Of a stretch of 64,000 bases of DNA, positions 1-10,619 are shown one piece after another. A program made the position numbers and the translations under genes. The first letter of the stretch is position 1. Each line of letters opens with the position of its first letter. The notes under the pieces are model-generated. The model was not told the origin of the DNA. It saw nothing but the letters and a program-made list of their open reading frames with translations, and made no database searches. The DNA comes from Alphaproteobacteria bacterium (GTDB taxonomy: Bacteria; Pseudomonadota; Alphaproteobacteria; UBA2966; CAIVPW01), in NCBI GenBank assembly GCA_016869235.1, contig VGER01000004.1:5454-69453 (forward strand), given 5' to 3'.

Positions 1-271
1 GACGGTCGGCGACATCATCGTCGTCGCCATCAAGGAAGCGATCCCGCGCGGCCGCGTGAAGAAGGGCGAAGTCTCCCGCGCCGTCGTCGTGCGCACGGCT
101 AAGGAGATCCACCGCTCCGACGGCACGTCGATCCGCTTCGACCGCAATGCCGCGGTACTGGTCAACGCCCAGGGCGAGCCGGTCGGCACGCGCATCTTCG
201 GGCCGGTGACGCGCGAATTGCGCGCCAAGGCGCAGATGAAGATCGTCAGCCTGGCGCCGGAAGTCCTCTAG
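1..271 (+). CDS. rplN: 50S ribosomal protein L14 (5' truncated by window)
   Basis: C-terminus [13 protein letters not shown]...[10 protein letters not shown]; first gene of the spc operon order. Confidence 0.97.
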   Translation, partial: TVGDIIVVAIKEAIPRGRVKKGEVSRAVVVRTAKEIHRSDGTSIRFDRNAAVLVNAQGEPVGTRIFGPVTRELRAKAQMKIVSLAPEVL

Positions 272-280
272 CTCTCGGAT

Positions 281-628
281 ATGACCGTAATGCAACAAGC
301 CAAGGCCAATCCGAAGTTCCGCATCAAGAAGGGCGACGAGGTCGTTGTCCTCTCGGGCAAGGACAAGGGCAAGCGCGGCAAGGTGCTGCGCGTGCTGCGC
401 AAGGAAGATCGTGTGCTCGTCCAGGGCGTGCGCATGATCAAGCGTCACACGCGTCCGAGCCAGGTAAGCCCCGGCGGCATCCTGGAAAAGGAGGCGCCGC
501 TGCATATTTCCAAGGTTGCGCTGGTCGATCCCAAGCTCGGCAAGCCCACCCGCGTCGGCTACAAGATTCTCGACAACGGCCGCAAGGTCCGCGTCGCGAA
601 GCTGTCCGGCGAAGTAATCGACCTCTAG
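281..628 (+). CDS. rplX: 50S ribosomal protein L24
   Basis: KOW motif [26 protein letters not shown]; start could be 290. Confidence 0.97.
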   Translation: MTVMQQAKANPKFRIKKGDEVVVLSGKDKGKRGKVLRVLRKEDRVLVQGVRMIKRHTRPSQVSPGGILEKEAPLHISKVALVDPKLGKPTRVGYKILDNGRKVRVAKLSGEVIDL

Positions 629-637
629 GAGCTGGTT

Positions 638-1180
638 ATGGCGGCGCGCCTTCGCGAACGCTACGAGAAGCAAATTCGGCCCATGCTGGCCGAGAAGTTC
701 GGTCACGCCAACAAGCTGGCGGTGCCCCGGTTGGACAAGATCGTCGTCAACATGGGCGTCGGCGATGCGGTGAACGACCGCAAGTTCATCGAGGCGGCGG
801 TGAACGACCTGACCGCCATTTCCGGCCAGAAGCCGGTGGTGGTGCGTTCGAAGAAGTCGATCGCCACCTTCAAGCTGCGCGAGAACATGGCGATCGGCGT
901 GAAGGTCACGCTGCGTCGCGAGCGCATGTACGAGTTCCTGGACCGCCTGATCAACATGACCTTGCCACGCGTGCGCGACTTCCGCGGCCTGAACGGCAAG
1001 AGCTTCGACGGCCGTGGCAACTTCGCCATGGGCCTGAAGGAGCAGATCGTCTTCCAGGAGATCGACTACGACAAGGTCGACCAGGTGCGCGGCATGGACA
1101 TCATCATCTGCACCACGGCGACCAATGACGAGCAGGCCAAGGAGCTCCTGTCGAGCTTCGGCATGCCGTTTAGGAACTAA
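638..1180 (+). CDS. rplE: 50S ribosomal protein L5
   Basis: [24 protein letters not shown] motifs. Confidence 0.98.
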   Translation: MAARLRERYEKQIRPMLAEKFGHANKLAVPRLDKIVVNMGVGDAVNDRKFIEAAVNDLTAISGQKPVVVRSKKSIATFKLRENMAIGVKVTLRRERMYEFLDRLINMTLPRVRDFRGLNGKSFDGRGNFAMGLKEQIVFQEIDYDKVDQVRGMDIIICTTATNDEQAKELLSSFGMPFRN

Positions 1181-1201
1181 CAAGGCAGAGGCAACAATCG
1201 A

Positions 1202-1507
1202 ATGGCGAAGACCAGCTCGATCTACCGCAACAAGAAGCGCCAGAAGATGGCGGCGCAGTTTGCCGAGAAGCGCGCCAAGCTCAAGGCGATCGCCAAGGAC
1301 AAGACGGTTCCGCAGGAGGACCGGTTCCTGGCGCGGCTCAAGCTTGCCGAGCTGCCGCGCAACTCGTCCAAGGTGCGCATCCGCAACCGTTGCGCCGTCA
1401 CCGGCCGCTCGCGCGGTGTCGAGAGCCGCTTCCAGATGTGCCGCATCGTGCTGCGCGACTTGGCCTCGCGGGGCCAGATCCCCGGCATGGTCAAGTCGAG
1501 CTGGTAG
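1202..1507 (+). CDS. rpsN: 30S ribosomal protein S14 (long 101-aa type)
   Basis: LPRNSS.VRIRNRC, C-terminal PGMVKSSW. Confidence 0.97.
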   Translation: MAKTSSIYRNKKRQKMAAQFAEKRAKLKAIAKDKTVPQEDRFLARLKLAELPRNSSKVRIRNRCAVTGRSRGVESRFQMCRIVLRDLASRGQIPGMVKSSW

Positions 1508-1525
1508 GGGCGGGGGGTTCAATCC

Positions 1526-1921
1526 ATGTCCATGACCGATCCGCTCGGCGACATGCTCACCCGCATCCGCAACGGCCAGCGCGCCGGTGCGTCCGACGTG
1601 ATGAGCCCGGCGTCCAAGTTCCGCGTCAACGTGCTCGAAGTCCTGCAGCGCGAGGGCTACATCCGCGGCTACGAGCGCGTGGAGGAAGAGGGCCACGCAG
1701 CGCTGCGCATCGAGCTCAAGTATCACGAGGGCGAGCCCGTCATCCGCACCATCCGGCGCATCTCCAAGCCCGGCCGGCGCGTCTACTCCGGCATCGCCGA
1801 CCTCGCCCAGATCTGCAACGGTCTCGGCATTGCCATCCTGTCGACGCCCAAGGGCGTGCTGTCCGACTCGGAAGCGCGTTCGCAGAACGTCGGCGGCGAA
1901 GTGCTCTGCAACGTCATCTAA
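1526..1921 (+). CDS. rpsH: 30S ribosomal protein S8
   Basis: [26 protein letters not shown]. Confidence 0.98.
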   Translation: MSMTDPLGDMLTRIRNGQRAGASDVMSPASKFRVNVLEVLQREGYIRGYERVEEEGHAALRIELKYHEGEPVIRTIRRISKPGRRVYSGIADLAQICNGLGIAILSTPKGVLSDSEARSQNVGGEVLCNVI

Positions 1922-1950
1922 CCCCGCGTTTTCTGGATACCTAGGCCGCC

Positions 1951-2484
1951 ATGTCGCGCATCGGACTAAAAGCAGTCGCCGTACCCAAGGGCGTCACCGT
2001 CGAGGTGAAGGGCGATACCGTCTCCGCCAAGGGTAAGGTCGGCTCCCTGACGCTGAAGCTCGTGCCCGAGGTCTCCGCCAAGCTTGACGGCGGCAACGTG
2101 GCCGTCCAGGCCAAGGACGAGTCGGACAAGGCGCGCGCCATGTGGGGCATGACGCGCACCCTCATCAACAACATGGTGCACGGCGTCGACACCGGCTTCT
2201 CGACCGACCTCGTCATCGAGGGCGTCGGCTTCCGCGCCGCGGTGGAAGGCAAGAACCTCAAGATGCAGCTTGGGTTCTCCCACGACGTGATCTATCCGAT
2301 ACCGGAGGGCATCAAGATCACGACCGGCAAGCCGACCGAGATCAAGGTGTTCGGCGCCGACCGCCAGAAGGTGGGCCAGGTGGCTGCCGACATTCGTGCG
2401 TTCCGTCCCCCCGAGCCGTACAAGGGTAAGGGCATCCGGTACTCGGACGAGCACATCCTGCGCAAGGAAGGCAAGAAGAAGTAG
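1951..2484 (+). CDS. rplF: 50S ribosomal protein L6
   Basis: MSRIG start, [13 protein letters not shown]. Confidence 0.98.
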   Translation: MSRIGLKAVAVPKGVTVEVKGDTVSAKGKVGSLTLKLVPEVSAKLDGGNVAVQAKDESDKARAMWGMTRTLINNMVHGVDTGFSTDLVIEGVGFRAAVEGKNLKMQLGFSHDVIYPIPEGIKITTGKPTEIKVFGADRQKVGQVAADIRAFRPPEPYKGKGIRYSDEHILRKEGKKK

Positions 2485-2486
2485 CC

Positions 2487-2849
2487 ATGGCGAAGCCAGC
2501 AGAACGATTTGCCCGCCGCCGGACCCGCGTGCGTTTCCGCGCGCGCAAGGCTTCGGGTGGCCGTCCGCGTCTGACCGTGTTCCGCTCGGGCAAGAACATC
2601 TACGCCCAGGTGATCGACGACGCGAAGGGCGTGACCGTCGCCGCCGCGTCCACCCTGGAGAAGGATCTCAAGGGCTCGCTCAAGTCAGGCGCCACCAAGG
2701 ACGCCGCTGCCAAGGTGGGCGCGCTCATTGCCCAGCGCGCGACGGCGGTCGGCGTGTCCGAGGTGGTGTTCGACCGCGGCGGCTACATGTTCCACGGCCG
2801 CATCAAGGCGCTGGCCGACAGCGCCCGCGAAGGCGGACTGAAGTTCTAA
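2487..2849 (+). CDS. rplR: 50S ribosomal protein L18
   Basis: [28 protein letters not shown]. Confidence 0.98.
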   Translation: MAKPAERFARRRTRVRFRARKASGGRPRLTVFRSGKNIYAQVIDDAKGVTVAAASTLEKDLKGSLKSGATKDAAAKVGALIAQRATAVGVSEVVFDRGGYMFHGRIKALADSAREGGLKF

Positions 2850-2889
2850 TCGGCGCGAGGCCGCACAAGGCACACACAGAGAGAGCTCC

Positions 2890-3561
2890 ATGGCAGTTGC
2901 CAACACGACGGATCAGGAACAGGGCGATCACATCGGCGAGCAGCCGCAGCGTGGCCGCGGACGCGGCCGCGGGCGCGGCGGCGATCGCGAGGGTGGAGGC
3001 CGGGATCGCGGCGACCGCGAGCGCGGCGAGGGCGAGATCATCGAAAAGCTTGTCGCCGTCAACCGCGTCGCCAAGGTCGTGAAGGGCGGCCGGCGCTTCG
3101 GCTTCGCCGCCCTGGTCGTCGCGGGCGACCAGAAGGGCCGCGTCGGCTATGGCCACGGCAAGGCGCGCGAGGTGCCGGAAGCCATCCGCAAGGCCACCGA
3201 TGCCGCCAAGCGCGCCATGATTCGCGTGCCGCTGCGCGAGGGCCGCACCCTGCACCACGACCTGTCGGGGACCTATGGCGCGGGCCGCGTCGTAGTGCGC
3301 GCCGCGCCTCCGGGCACCGGCATCATCGCCGGCGGTCCGATGCGCGCGGTGTTCGAGACCCTCGGCATCGCCGACGTGGTGGCCAAGTCGGTCGGCACGT
3401 CTAATCCCTACAACATGGTCAAGGCGACCTTTGCGGCGCTCAAGGGCGCCATGAGCCCGCGCGTCGTCGCGGCGCGCCGCGGCCGCTCGGTGAACCAGAT
3501 CCTCGGCCGCTCCGGCAAGAAGGACGGCGCCGGCGCGGAGGAAGCCGAGGCGGAGGCCTAA
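2890..3561 (+). CDS. rpsE: 30S ribosomal protein S5
   Basis: [20 protein letters not shown]-rich N-terminal extension. Confidence 0.98.
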   Translation: MAVANTTDQEQGDHIGEQPQRGRGRGRGRGGDREGGGRDRGDRERGEGEIIEKLVAVNRVAKVVKGGRRFGFAALVVAGDQKGRVGYGHGKAREVPEAIRKATDAAKRAMIRVPLREGRTLHHDLSGTYGAGRVVVRAAPPGTGIIAGGPMRAVFETLGIADVVAKSVGTSNPYNMVKATFAALKGAMSPRVVAARRGRSVNQILGRSGKKDGAGAEEAEAEA

Positions 3562-3565
3562 GCCT

Positions 3566-3763
3566 ATGGCGGCAGCTAAGAAGAAGATGATCCGCGTCAC
3601 GCAGATCGGCAGCTACATCGGGCGGCCGAATCGGCAGCACGAGAACCTCAAGGGTCTTGGCCTGAACAAGCGCCAACGCACGCGCGAGCTCGAAGACACG
3701 CCGGCGGTGCGCGGCATGATCGATCGGGTCAAGCACCTCCTCATCGTCGAGGAGATCGGTTAG
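3566..3763 (+). CDS. rpmD: 50S ribosomal protein L30
   Basis: LKGLGLNK...DTPAVRGMI; lies between rpsE and rplO. Confidence 0.96.
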   Translation: MAAAKKKMIRVTQIGSYIGRPNRQHENLKGLGLNKRQRTRELEDTPAVRGMIDRVKHLLIVEEIG

Positions 3764-3769
3764 GAACAC

Positions 3770-4432
3770 ATGAAGCTCAATCAGCTGGCGCGCAAGCACG
3801 GCGCCTTCAAGAAGGCCAAGCGAATCGGCCGCGGCATCGGCTCCGGGCTCGGCAAGACGTCGGGCAAGGGCGGCAAGGGCCAGACCGCGCGCACGGGCGT
3901 CGCGCTCAACGGCTTCGAGGGCGGCCAGATGCCGCTCCACATGCGCATGCCGAAGCGCGGCTTCAACAACATCTTCAAGAAGCGCTATCAGGAAGTGAAT
4001 CTGGGCGCCATCCAGGCCGCCATTGATTCGGGCAAGCTCAATGCCCAGGCAAAGGTGGATGCCGCCGCACTCATGACGGCCGGCGTCATCCGGCGCGCCA
4101 AGGACGGCGTGCGCATCCTGGGGAACGGCGAGCTGAAGACCAAGGTCAACATCGAAGCTGCCGCCGGTTCCAAGCCGGCACAGGCCGCTATCGAGAAGGC
4201 CGGCGGCACGCTGGTGCTGCCTCCGCCGCCCAAGGAGCCGGCGCGGAAGGTCGGTCACGTGTGGGAGCGGAATGCCAAGAAGGCGAAGCCCGCCGCCGCT
4301 GCGGCCGAGGGCGCGCCTGCCGAGGGCAAGGCCAAGAAGGCAAAGCCCGCGGCTGCTCGCGCCGACAGCGGCGAGAAGAAAGCCAAGGCCCCCAAGGCGC
4401 CAGCCAGAGGCGCTGCTCCGTCGAAGTCGTAA
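3770..4432 (+). CDS. rplO: 50S ribosomal protein L15 with Lys/Ala-rich C-terminal tail
   Basis: [24 protein letters not shown]. Confidence 0.97.
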   Translation: MKLNQLARKHGAFKKAKRIGRGIGSGLGKTSGKGGKGQTARTGVALNGFEGGQMPLHMRMPKRGFNNIFKKRYQEVNLGAIQAAIDSGKLNAQAKVDAAALMTAGVIRRAKDGVRILGNGELKTKVNIEAAAGSKPAQAAIEKAGGTLVLPPPPKEPARKVGHVWERNAKKAKPAAAAAEGAPAEGKAKKAKPAAARADSGEKKAKAPKAPARGAAPSKS

Positions 4433-4453
4433 GCGGGGGATCGGACAAGCCCG

Positions 4454-5806
4454 ATGGCCTCCGCTGCGGAACAGCTAGCCGCCAACATCAACTTCGGCGC
4501 CTTCGCCAAAGCGACCGAGCTCAAGAAGCGCATCTGGTTCACGGTCTTTGCGCTGATCGTGTACCGGCTCGGGACCTACATCCCGATCCCGGGCATCGAT
4601 CCCATCGTGCTCAAAGGGATCTTCGCGCAAAACCAGAGCGGCATCCTTGGCATGTTCAACATGTTCGCCGGCGGCGCCCTGTCGCGCATGGCGATCTTTG
4701 CGCTCAACATCATGCCGTACATCTCGGCCTCCATCATCGTGCAGCTGATGCGTACGGTGTCGACGCGTCTGGAGGCGCTGTGGAAGGAAGGCGAGGCGGG
4801 CCGTAAGAAGCTCAATCAGTACACGCGCTACGGCACGGTGCTGCTGGCGGTGCTGCAGTCCTACGGCATCGCGGTCGGACTGGAAAACTTGACCTCCGGC
4901 GCCGGCGGCTCGGCGGTGATCGATCCCGGGCTCTACTTCCGCTTCACCGCCGTCGTCACCATGACCGGCGGCACGCTGTTCCTGATGTGGCTCGGCGAGC
5001 AGGTCACCGCGCGCGGCGTCGGCAACGGCATTTCGCTCATCATCACGGCGGGCATCGTCGCGGCGCTGCCTTCGGCGCTCGCCGCGACCTTGGAGCTGGG
5101 CCGCACTGGCGCCCTCTCGGTCGGCATTATCCTGCTGCTGCTGATTGGCTCGGTCGCCGTGGTGACCTTCATCGTGTTCATGGAGCGCGCCCAGCGCCGC
5201 ATCCTGGTGCAGTACCCCAAGCGCCAGGTCGGCAGCCGCATGTTCGGCGGCGAGGCTTCGCACCTGCCTTTGAAGCTCAACACCTCGGGCGTGATCCCGC
5301 CGATCTTCGCCTCGTCGCTGCTGCTGCTGCCGATCACCGTCGCCAACTTCTCGGCTACGCAGGGTACCACCGGCTGGTTGGCGAGCGTCACCGCCATGCT
5401 CGGCCAGGGCCAGCCCGGCTATCTGCTGCTGTACGGCGCGCTGATCGTGTTCTTCGCCTACTTCTACACCGCGGTCGTATTCAACCCGGTCGACACGGCC
5501 GACAACCTCAAGAAGTACGGCGGCTTCATTCCGGGCATCCGTCCCGGCAAGAACACCGCCGACTATCTCGACTTCGTGCTGACACGCCTCACCACCATCG
5601 GCGCGGTCTACCTGGTCGCCGTCTGCCTGCTGCCCGAGATCCTGATCTCGCGCCTCGCCGTGCCGTTCTATTTCGGCGGCACTTCCCTGCTCATCGTGGT
5701 CACAGTGACGATGGACACGGTGACGCAGATTCAGTCGCACCTGCTCGCGCACCAGTACGAGGGCCTGATCCGCAAGACGCGGCTGCGCGGCACCAAGAAG
5801 AAATGA
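4454..5806 (+). CDS. secY: Preprotein translocase subunit SecY
   Basis: Multi-TM; IFALNIMPYISASII, GVIPPIFASS, GGFIPGIRPG, FGGTSLLI. Confidence 0.98.
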   Translation: MASAAEQLAANINFGAFAKATELKKRIWFTVFALIVYRLGTYIPIPGIDPIVLKGIFAQNQSGILGMFNMFAGGALSRMAIFALNIMPYISASIIVQLMRTVSTRLEALWKEGEAGRKKLNQYTRYGTVLLAVLQSYGIAVGLENLTSGAGGSAVIDPGLYFRFTAVVTMTGGTLFLMWLGEQVTARGVGNGISLIITAGIVAALPSALAATLELGRTGALSVGIILLLLIGSVAVVTFIVFMERAQRRILVQYPKRQVGSRMFGGEASHLPLKLNTSGVIPPIFASSLLLLPITVANFSATQGTTGWLASVTAMLGQGQPGYLLLYGALIVFFAYFYTAVVFNPVDTADNLKKYGGFIPGIRPGKNTADYLDFVLTRLTTIGAVYLVAVCLLPEILISRLAVPFYFGGTSLLIVVTVTMDTVTQIQSHLLAHQYEGLIRKTRLRGTKKK

Positions 5807-6453
5807 ACGTCATCCTGGTGGGCCCGCCGGGGGCGGGCAAGGGCACCCAGGCGGAGCGGTTGCAGAAGACCTATGGTCTCAAGCATCTCTCTACCGGCGA
5901 CATGCTGCGTGCCGAGGTAGCCGCCGGCAGCCAGATCGGCCGCCAGGCCAAGGCGATCATGGATCGCGGCGAGCTGGTGCCCGACGAGATCCTCATCCGC
6001 ATGATCGGCGAGCGCATCGGCCAGCCCGATGCTGCCAAAGGATTTCTTCTCGATGGCTTTCCCCGCACCGTCGCCCAGGCGCAGGCGCTCGATACCATGC
6101 TGGCCGGCCGCAAGCAGAAGCTCGACCACGTCATCCAGCTGGTGGTGAACAACGATGCCATGGTGGAGCGCATCTCGGGGCGCTTCTCCTGCAAGAAGTG
6201 CGGCGCCGGCTACCACGACAGCTTCAAGAAGACGAAGAAGCCGGGCGTCTGCAACGTCTGCGGCTCGACCGAGTTCGTGCGCCGCCCGGACGACAAGCCG
6301 GAGACGGTCCGCACCCGGCTCGAGGCCTACGACAAACAGACGGCCCCCTTGCTCCCCTATTACCGGGCCAGGGGCGTGCTACGCGAGGTCGAGGGCATGG
6401 CCGCCATCGACGAGGTCACGGCCAAGCTCGGCAAGGTGCTGGGGGCGGCCTGA
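5803..6453 (+). CDS. adk: Adenylate kinase with four-Cys zinc LID
   Basis: GPPGAGKGT P-loop, LLDGFPRT, CKKC...CNVC; ATG overlaps the secY stop (ATGA). Confidence 0.97.
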   Translation: MNVILVGPPGAGKGTQAERLQKTYGLKHLSTGDMLRAEVAAGSQIGRQAKAIMDRGELVPDEILIRMIGERIGQPDAAKGFLLDGFPRTVAQAQALDTMLAGRKQKLDHVIQLVVNNDAMVERISGRFSCKKCGAGYHDSFKKTKKPGVCNVCGSTEFVRRPDDKPETVRTRLEAYDKQTAPLLPYYRARGVLREVEGMAAIDEVTAKLGKVLGAA

Positions 6454-6536
6454 GGCCCGCGACGCCTGCGGCCATAGGGCGCAGCTGGCGGGGGACGGAA
6501 TCAAGGCTGGTGGGACGGGCAAAAGTCGGGCGCAGC

Positions 6537-6565
6537 TTGACTTATGGGGGTAGCGCTCCAATAAT
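6537..6565 (+). promoter_or_regulatory. Putative sigma70 promoter of the alpha operon
   Basis: TTGACT-N17-AATAAT upstream of rpsM. Confidence 0.5.
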
Positions 6566-6697
6566 CACGGGCTTTTCGGGTCCACGGCGGGCCCGGGATT
6601 GCTATTGCATTAGCCGGGCCTGACGAGGGCGGCTCGACGCGATGCACGGCTCCGACAACTTGAACGGCAACCAACACACTGGGCAAGGGAAATCGCG

Positions 6698-7081
6698 GTG
6701 GCGCGAATCGCTGGTGTAAACATTCCGACGAACAAGCGTGTCGTGATCGCTCTCCGGTACCTGTACGGGATCGGGCCGACCACGGCGCAAGAGATTTGCA
6801 CCAAGGTCAACATCGCGGCGGAGCGTCGCGTCAGCCAGCTGACGGACGCCGAGATCGCGCAGATCCGCGACATCATCGCCCGTGACTACGTGGTCGAGGG
6901 TGACCTTCGCCGCGAAGTCGCGATGAACATCAAGCGGCTGATGGACCTCGGCTGCTACCGCGGCCTGCGGCACCGCCGCAAGCTGCCGGTGCGTGGTCAG
7001 CGCACGCACACCAACGCGCGCACGCGCAAGGGGCCGGCCCGGGCAATCGCCGGCAAGAAGACTGCGCCTTCCAAGGGCTGA
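6698..7081 (+). CDS. rpsM: 30S ribosomal protein S13
   Basis: [37 protein letters not shown]. Confidence 0.98.
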   Translation: MARIAGVNIPTNKRVVIALRYLYGIGPTTAQEICTKVNIAAERRVSQLTDAEIAQIRDIIARDYVVEGDLRREVAMNIKRLMDLGCYRGLRHRRKLPVRGQRTHTNARTRKGPARAIAGKKTAPSKG

Positions 7082-7148
7082 TAGGCCCTGGGGCGGAACG
7101 CCGACGGGCTGACGAGATCGCCGCGGGCAGCGGCAAGTAGGAGAGTCG

Positions 7149-7550
7149 ATGGCTGAGCAGCAGCAGCAACCTGCGGGGCGAGTAAAGCGCAGGGAACGCA
7201 AGAGCATCACGTCGGGCGTCGCCCATGTGAGTGCGACGTTCAACAACACGATCGTCACCATTACCGACGCGCAGGGCAACGCCATTGTGTGGTCCTCGTC
7301 GGGTCAGCAGGGCTTCAAGGGCTCGCGCAAGTCGACTCCGTATGCCGCCCAGCTCGCGTCGGAGAACGCGGGCCGCAAGGCCATGGAGCACGGCGTGAAG
7401 ACCTTGGAAGTGCGCGTCTCGGGTCCTGGCTCGGGCCGCGAATCGGCGCTGCGCGCCTTGCAAGCGGTGGGGTTCACCATTACGTCCATCAAGGACGTAT
7501 CCGCCACACCCCACAACGGTTGCCGGCCGCCGAAGCGACGCCGCGTGTGA
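7149..7550 (+). CDS. rpsK: 30S ribosomal protein S11
   Basis: [34 protein letters not shown]. Confidence 0.98.
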   Translation: MAEQQQQPAGRVKRRERKSITSGVAHVSATFNNTIVTITDAQGNAIVWSSSGQQGFKGSRKSTPYAAQLASENAGRKAMEHGVKTLEVRVSGPGSGRESALRALQAVGFTITSIKDVSATPHNGCRPPKRRRV

Positions 7551-7679
7551 GCGTGCTGCCGGAAGGCCCACGGGCGTCATGCCTGCGGTGCCTTCCAGGC
7601 GTGGGGCCAACGGCGAACCGCTGATTGGCCGACCTTTATGACGTCAACCCCGGGCGCGGTCCCGGAAATGGAAGGTTGA

Positions 7680-8705
7680 ATGCACGTGATTATCCAACGG
7701 AACTGGAAAGAACTGATCAAGCCCGGCAAGCTCGTCATCGAGCCCGGCCATGATCCTTCGCGGCGCGCCACCGTCGTGGCCGAGCCGCTTGAGCGCGGCT
7801 TCGGCCTCACGCTCGGCAACGCCCTGCGTCGCGTTCTCCTGTCGTCCCTGCAGGGGGCGGCGGTGACGGCGATCCAGGTCGACGGCGTTTTGCACGAGTT
7901 CTCGACCATCCCGGGCGTTCGCGAGGACGTCACCGACATCGTCCTCAACATCAAGACGCTCGCGGTGCGTATGCACGGCGACGGCCCCAAGCGCATGACG
8001 CTCAAGGCCGACGGCCCCGGCGAAGTGACCGCCGGCAAGATCGACACCGGTCATGACATCGAGATCATGAATCCGGAGACGGTCATCTGCACGCTCGATG
8101 AAGGCGCCAAGCTGTCGATGGAGCTCACTGTCGAGACTGGCAAGGGCTACGTCGCCGCAAATTACAACCGCGACGAGGATCGCCCCATCGGGTTGATCCC
8201 GGTGGATGCGGTGTACAGCCCGGTACGCAAGGTTTCCTACAAGGTCGAGAACGCGCGCGCCGGGCAGTACCTCGACTACGACAAGCTCTCCATGGAGATC
8301 GAGACCAACGGCACCATCACGCCCGAGGACGCGGCCGCCTACGCGGCGCGCATCCTGCAGCATCAGCTGCAGCTCTTCATCAACTTCGAGGAGCCGCAGG
8401 TCGAGGAGCGCAAGGAAGAGCGTCCGGAGTCCGAGTTCAACCGCAACCTCCTGCGCAAGGTGGACGAGCTCGAGCTGTCGGTCCGTTCGGCGAACTGCCT
8501 GAAGAACGACAACATCGTCTACATCGGCGACCTCATCCAGAAGACCGAGGCCGAGATGCTGCGCACGCCGAACTTCGGCCGCAAGTCCTTGAACGAGATC
8601 AAGGAAGTGCTGGCCCAGCTCGGCGTGCGCCTCGGCATGGAAGTGCCGAACTGGCCGCCCGAGAACATCGAGGAACTGGCCAAGAAGCTCGAAGACCAGT
8701 ACTAG
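7680..8705 (+). CDS. rpoA: RNA polymerase subunit alpha
   Basis: [45 protein letters not shown]. Confidence 0.98.
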   Translation: MHVIIQRNWKELIKPGKLVIEPGHDPSRRATVVAEPLERGFGLTLGNALRRVLLSSLQGAAVTAIQVDGVLHEFSTIPGVREDVTDIVLNIKTLAVRMHGDGPKRMTLKADGPGEVTAGKIDTGHDIEIMNPETVICTLDEGAKLSMELTVETGKGYVAANYNRDEDRPIGLIPVDAVYSPVRKVSYKVENARAGQYLDYDKLSMEIETNGTITPEDAAAYAARILQHQLQLFINFEEPQVEERKEERPESEFNRNLLRKVDELELSVRSANCLKNDNIVYIGDLIQKTEAEMLRTPNFGRKSLNEIKEVLAQLGVRLGMEVPNWPPENIEELAKKLEDQY

Positions 8706-8735
8706 AAGCCAACACACGGACAGTAGGGAACTTCC

Positions 8736-9179
8736 ATGCGTCACTTGAACCGAGGCCGTCGCCTCAGCCGCAGTTCCGCGCACCGCGATGCGCTGCTGCA
8801 GAATTTGGCTGCGTCGCTGTTCAAGCACGAGCAGATCACCACCACCCTGCCCAAGGCGAAGGAGCTGCGGCCGGTGGCCGAGAAGCTCATCACGCTCGGC
8901 AAGCGCGGCGGGCTGCACGCGCGCCGCCAAGCCTTGGCGCAGCTTGGCGACAATGCGATCGTCGAGAAGCTCTTCACCACCCTGTCCAAGCGCTACAAGG
9001 GCCGTCCGGGCGGCTACGCCCGTATCCTCAAGGCCGGCTACCGCTACGGCGATGCCGCGGCGATGGCGGTCATCGAGCTCGTCGACCGCGATCCTGAGGC
9101 CAAGGGCCAGGACTCCGGCCCCGACCAGAACGCCGGTGGCGAGGGCGCGGGCTGGGCCGAGGGCGTTCCGAACGCCTAG
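8736..9179 (+). CDS. rplQ: 50S ribosomal protein L17
   Basis: MRH start, [20 protein letters not shown]. Confidence 0.97.
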   Translation: MRHLNRGRRLSRSSAHRDALLQNLAASLFKHEQITTTLPKAKELRPVAEKLITLGKRGGLHARRQALAQLGDNAIVEKLFTTLSKRYKGRPGGYARILKAGYRYGDAAAMAVIELVDRDPEAKGQDSGPDQNAGGEGAGWAEGVPNA

Positions 9180-9201
9180 CGGCAACCGAATTTGAGAAAG
9201 C

Positions 9202-9234
9202 GAAGGGCAGCCCACCGGCTGCCCTTCTGCTTTT
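9202..9234 (+). terminator. Intrinsic terminator of the alpha operon
   Basis: GAAGGGCAGCC-CACC-GGCTGCCCTTC followed by TGCTTTT. Confidence 0.75.
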
Positions 9235-9288
9235 GGCGCTTAACCCAGGTTGAGTCGCTGCGCTGCCGAAGGCGGTAGGTTGCCGCCG

Positions 9289-10176
9289 GTGTCCCAGGCT
9301 GCCGAATCGCTGACCGATACAGGGAGGGAAGACTGGCCCTTCGACGCCTGGGGCACCGCGCGGCCCGACCTCAACTTCGTGCGCGAGTATTGCCTCGCCG
9401 ACGTCGGCGTCTGCGATCGCCTGGTGGCTCTGTTCCAGACGGCGCGGGAGCTCGGGCTTACGCAGCCGGGCCGCACCGGACGCTTCCAGGTCAACAAGGC
9501 CATCAAGGACAGCGAGGACCTCGCGCCCGAGCAGTTGCCGCAAAACCATGCGCGCATCCCCTCGCCCGAGAAGAGCGGCTACAGCGACGTGATGCGCCAG
9601 TTCACGGCGTTCATCCCGCGCTACTACCGCGACACCGGCGCCGCATAGGCGCAACCGGTCGCCTTCAAGACCATGCCGCACTTTCAGTACTACCGGCCGG
9701 GTGGCGGCTATCACGCCTGGCACGTCGATGCGTTCGGCGACGTCGCCGACCGCCACCTGGTGTTCCTGCTCTACCTGAATGACGTGCCGGGCGGCGGTAC
9801 CGAATTCCAGCTGCAGAGGTACGTGTGCGAGGCGAAGAAGGGCAAGGTGCTGATCTTCCCGGCGAACTTCTGCTACCCGCACCGCAGCCAGGTGAGCCGG
9901 CTGCACGAGAAGTACATGCTTACCGGCTGGGCCACGGCGTTGCCTCCCGCACGCGCTGCCGCGCTAGCAGCGCGCGCGGGTTCCCATAACCCGGACGGAG
10001 CACTTCGTTTGCCCTCTTTGCGGCGGTTGGCCGCCCTCGCGCCGCGCACCCACTTCCCCAGCGGAGATGCGCCGATCATCGGAGGTCGCCATGCCGGAAG
10101 CCCGAACCATAGAGAAGGCGAAACGAGCCAAGCGCGCGGGGAAGTCCGCATCGACGCAAGCCGGCGCGTTCGTTGA
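9289..10176 (+). pseudogene. 2OG-Fe(II) oxygenase interrupted by in-frame TAG (9646-9648)
   Basis: ORFs 9250..9648 and 9673..10176 share a frame; the second part has YxPGGGYHAWHVD, LYLNDV..GG.TEF, FPA...YPHR, KYMLTGW. Confidence 0.7.
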
Positions 10177-10560
10177 GGAATAAATCCGTCACATCCGCAA
10201 AGGGGAGCACGGCGCCCGCTCAGCGAAGCAAGCCATCGCCATCGGCCTGTCCAAAGCGCGCCGCGCCGGTGTGAAGTTGGAGCCCCCGCCCAAGGGCGAA
10301 GCGCAGGCGCGCACCCGCCGGAGCGCCAAGCGCGACTACGCCAAGGGTCAGTCGCGAGCAACGGCGCGCCCCAACCCGCGCCGCTTCAAGGCGATGGTGC
10401 GCAAGCTGCAGAAGGAGCCGCGCGCCGCCGCCTCCCACACCGCGCTGTCGCGCCATGCCAGGCGCGCGGTGGCCGCGAACACGCGCGCCGAGCGCTCGGC
10501 GGCGGCTAAGCAGGCCGCCCGCACCAAGGGCCGCGCCGCCGCTAGGGCGCTCACCTATCG
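10091..10560 (+). pseudogene. Small basic DUF6496-like (putative DNA-binding) protein with in-frame TAA (10181-10183)
   Basis: GGAGG RBS, then MPEARTIEKA...AGAFVEE*IRHIRKGEHGARSAKQAIAIGLSKARRAGV; no in-frame stop at the expected end, so the end is approximate. Confidence 0.7.
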
Positions 10561-10619
10561 GGGGCACCGCCCCGCGGACGGCTGGCTTTTGCCCCGCCCA
10601 GGGTCTATCTCGTCGCGGG

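Noticed and set aside
4454..9179. Absence of rpmJ and rpsD from the spc/alpha operons
   Set aside because: This is the normal arrangement in Alphaproteobacteria.
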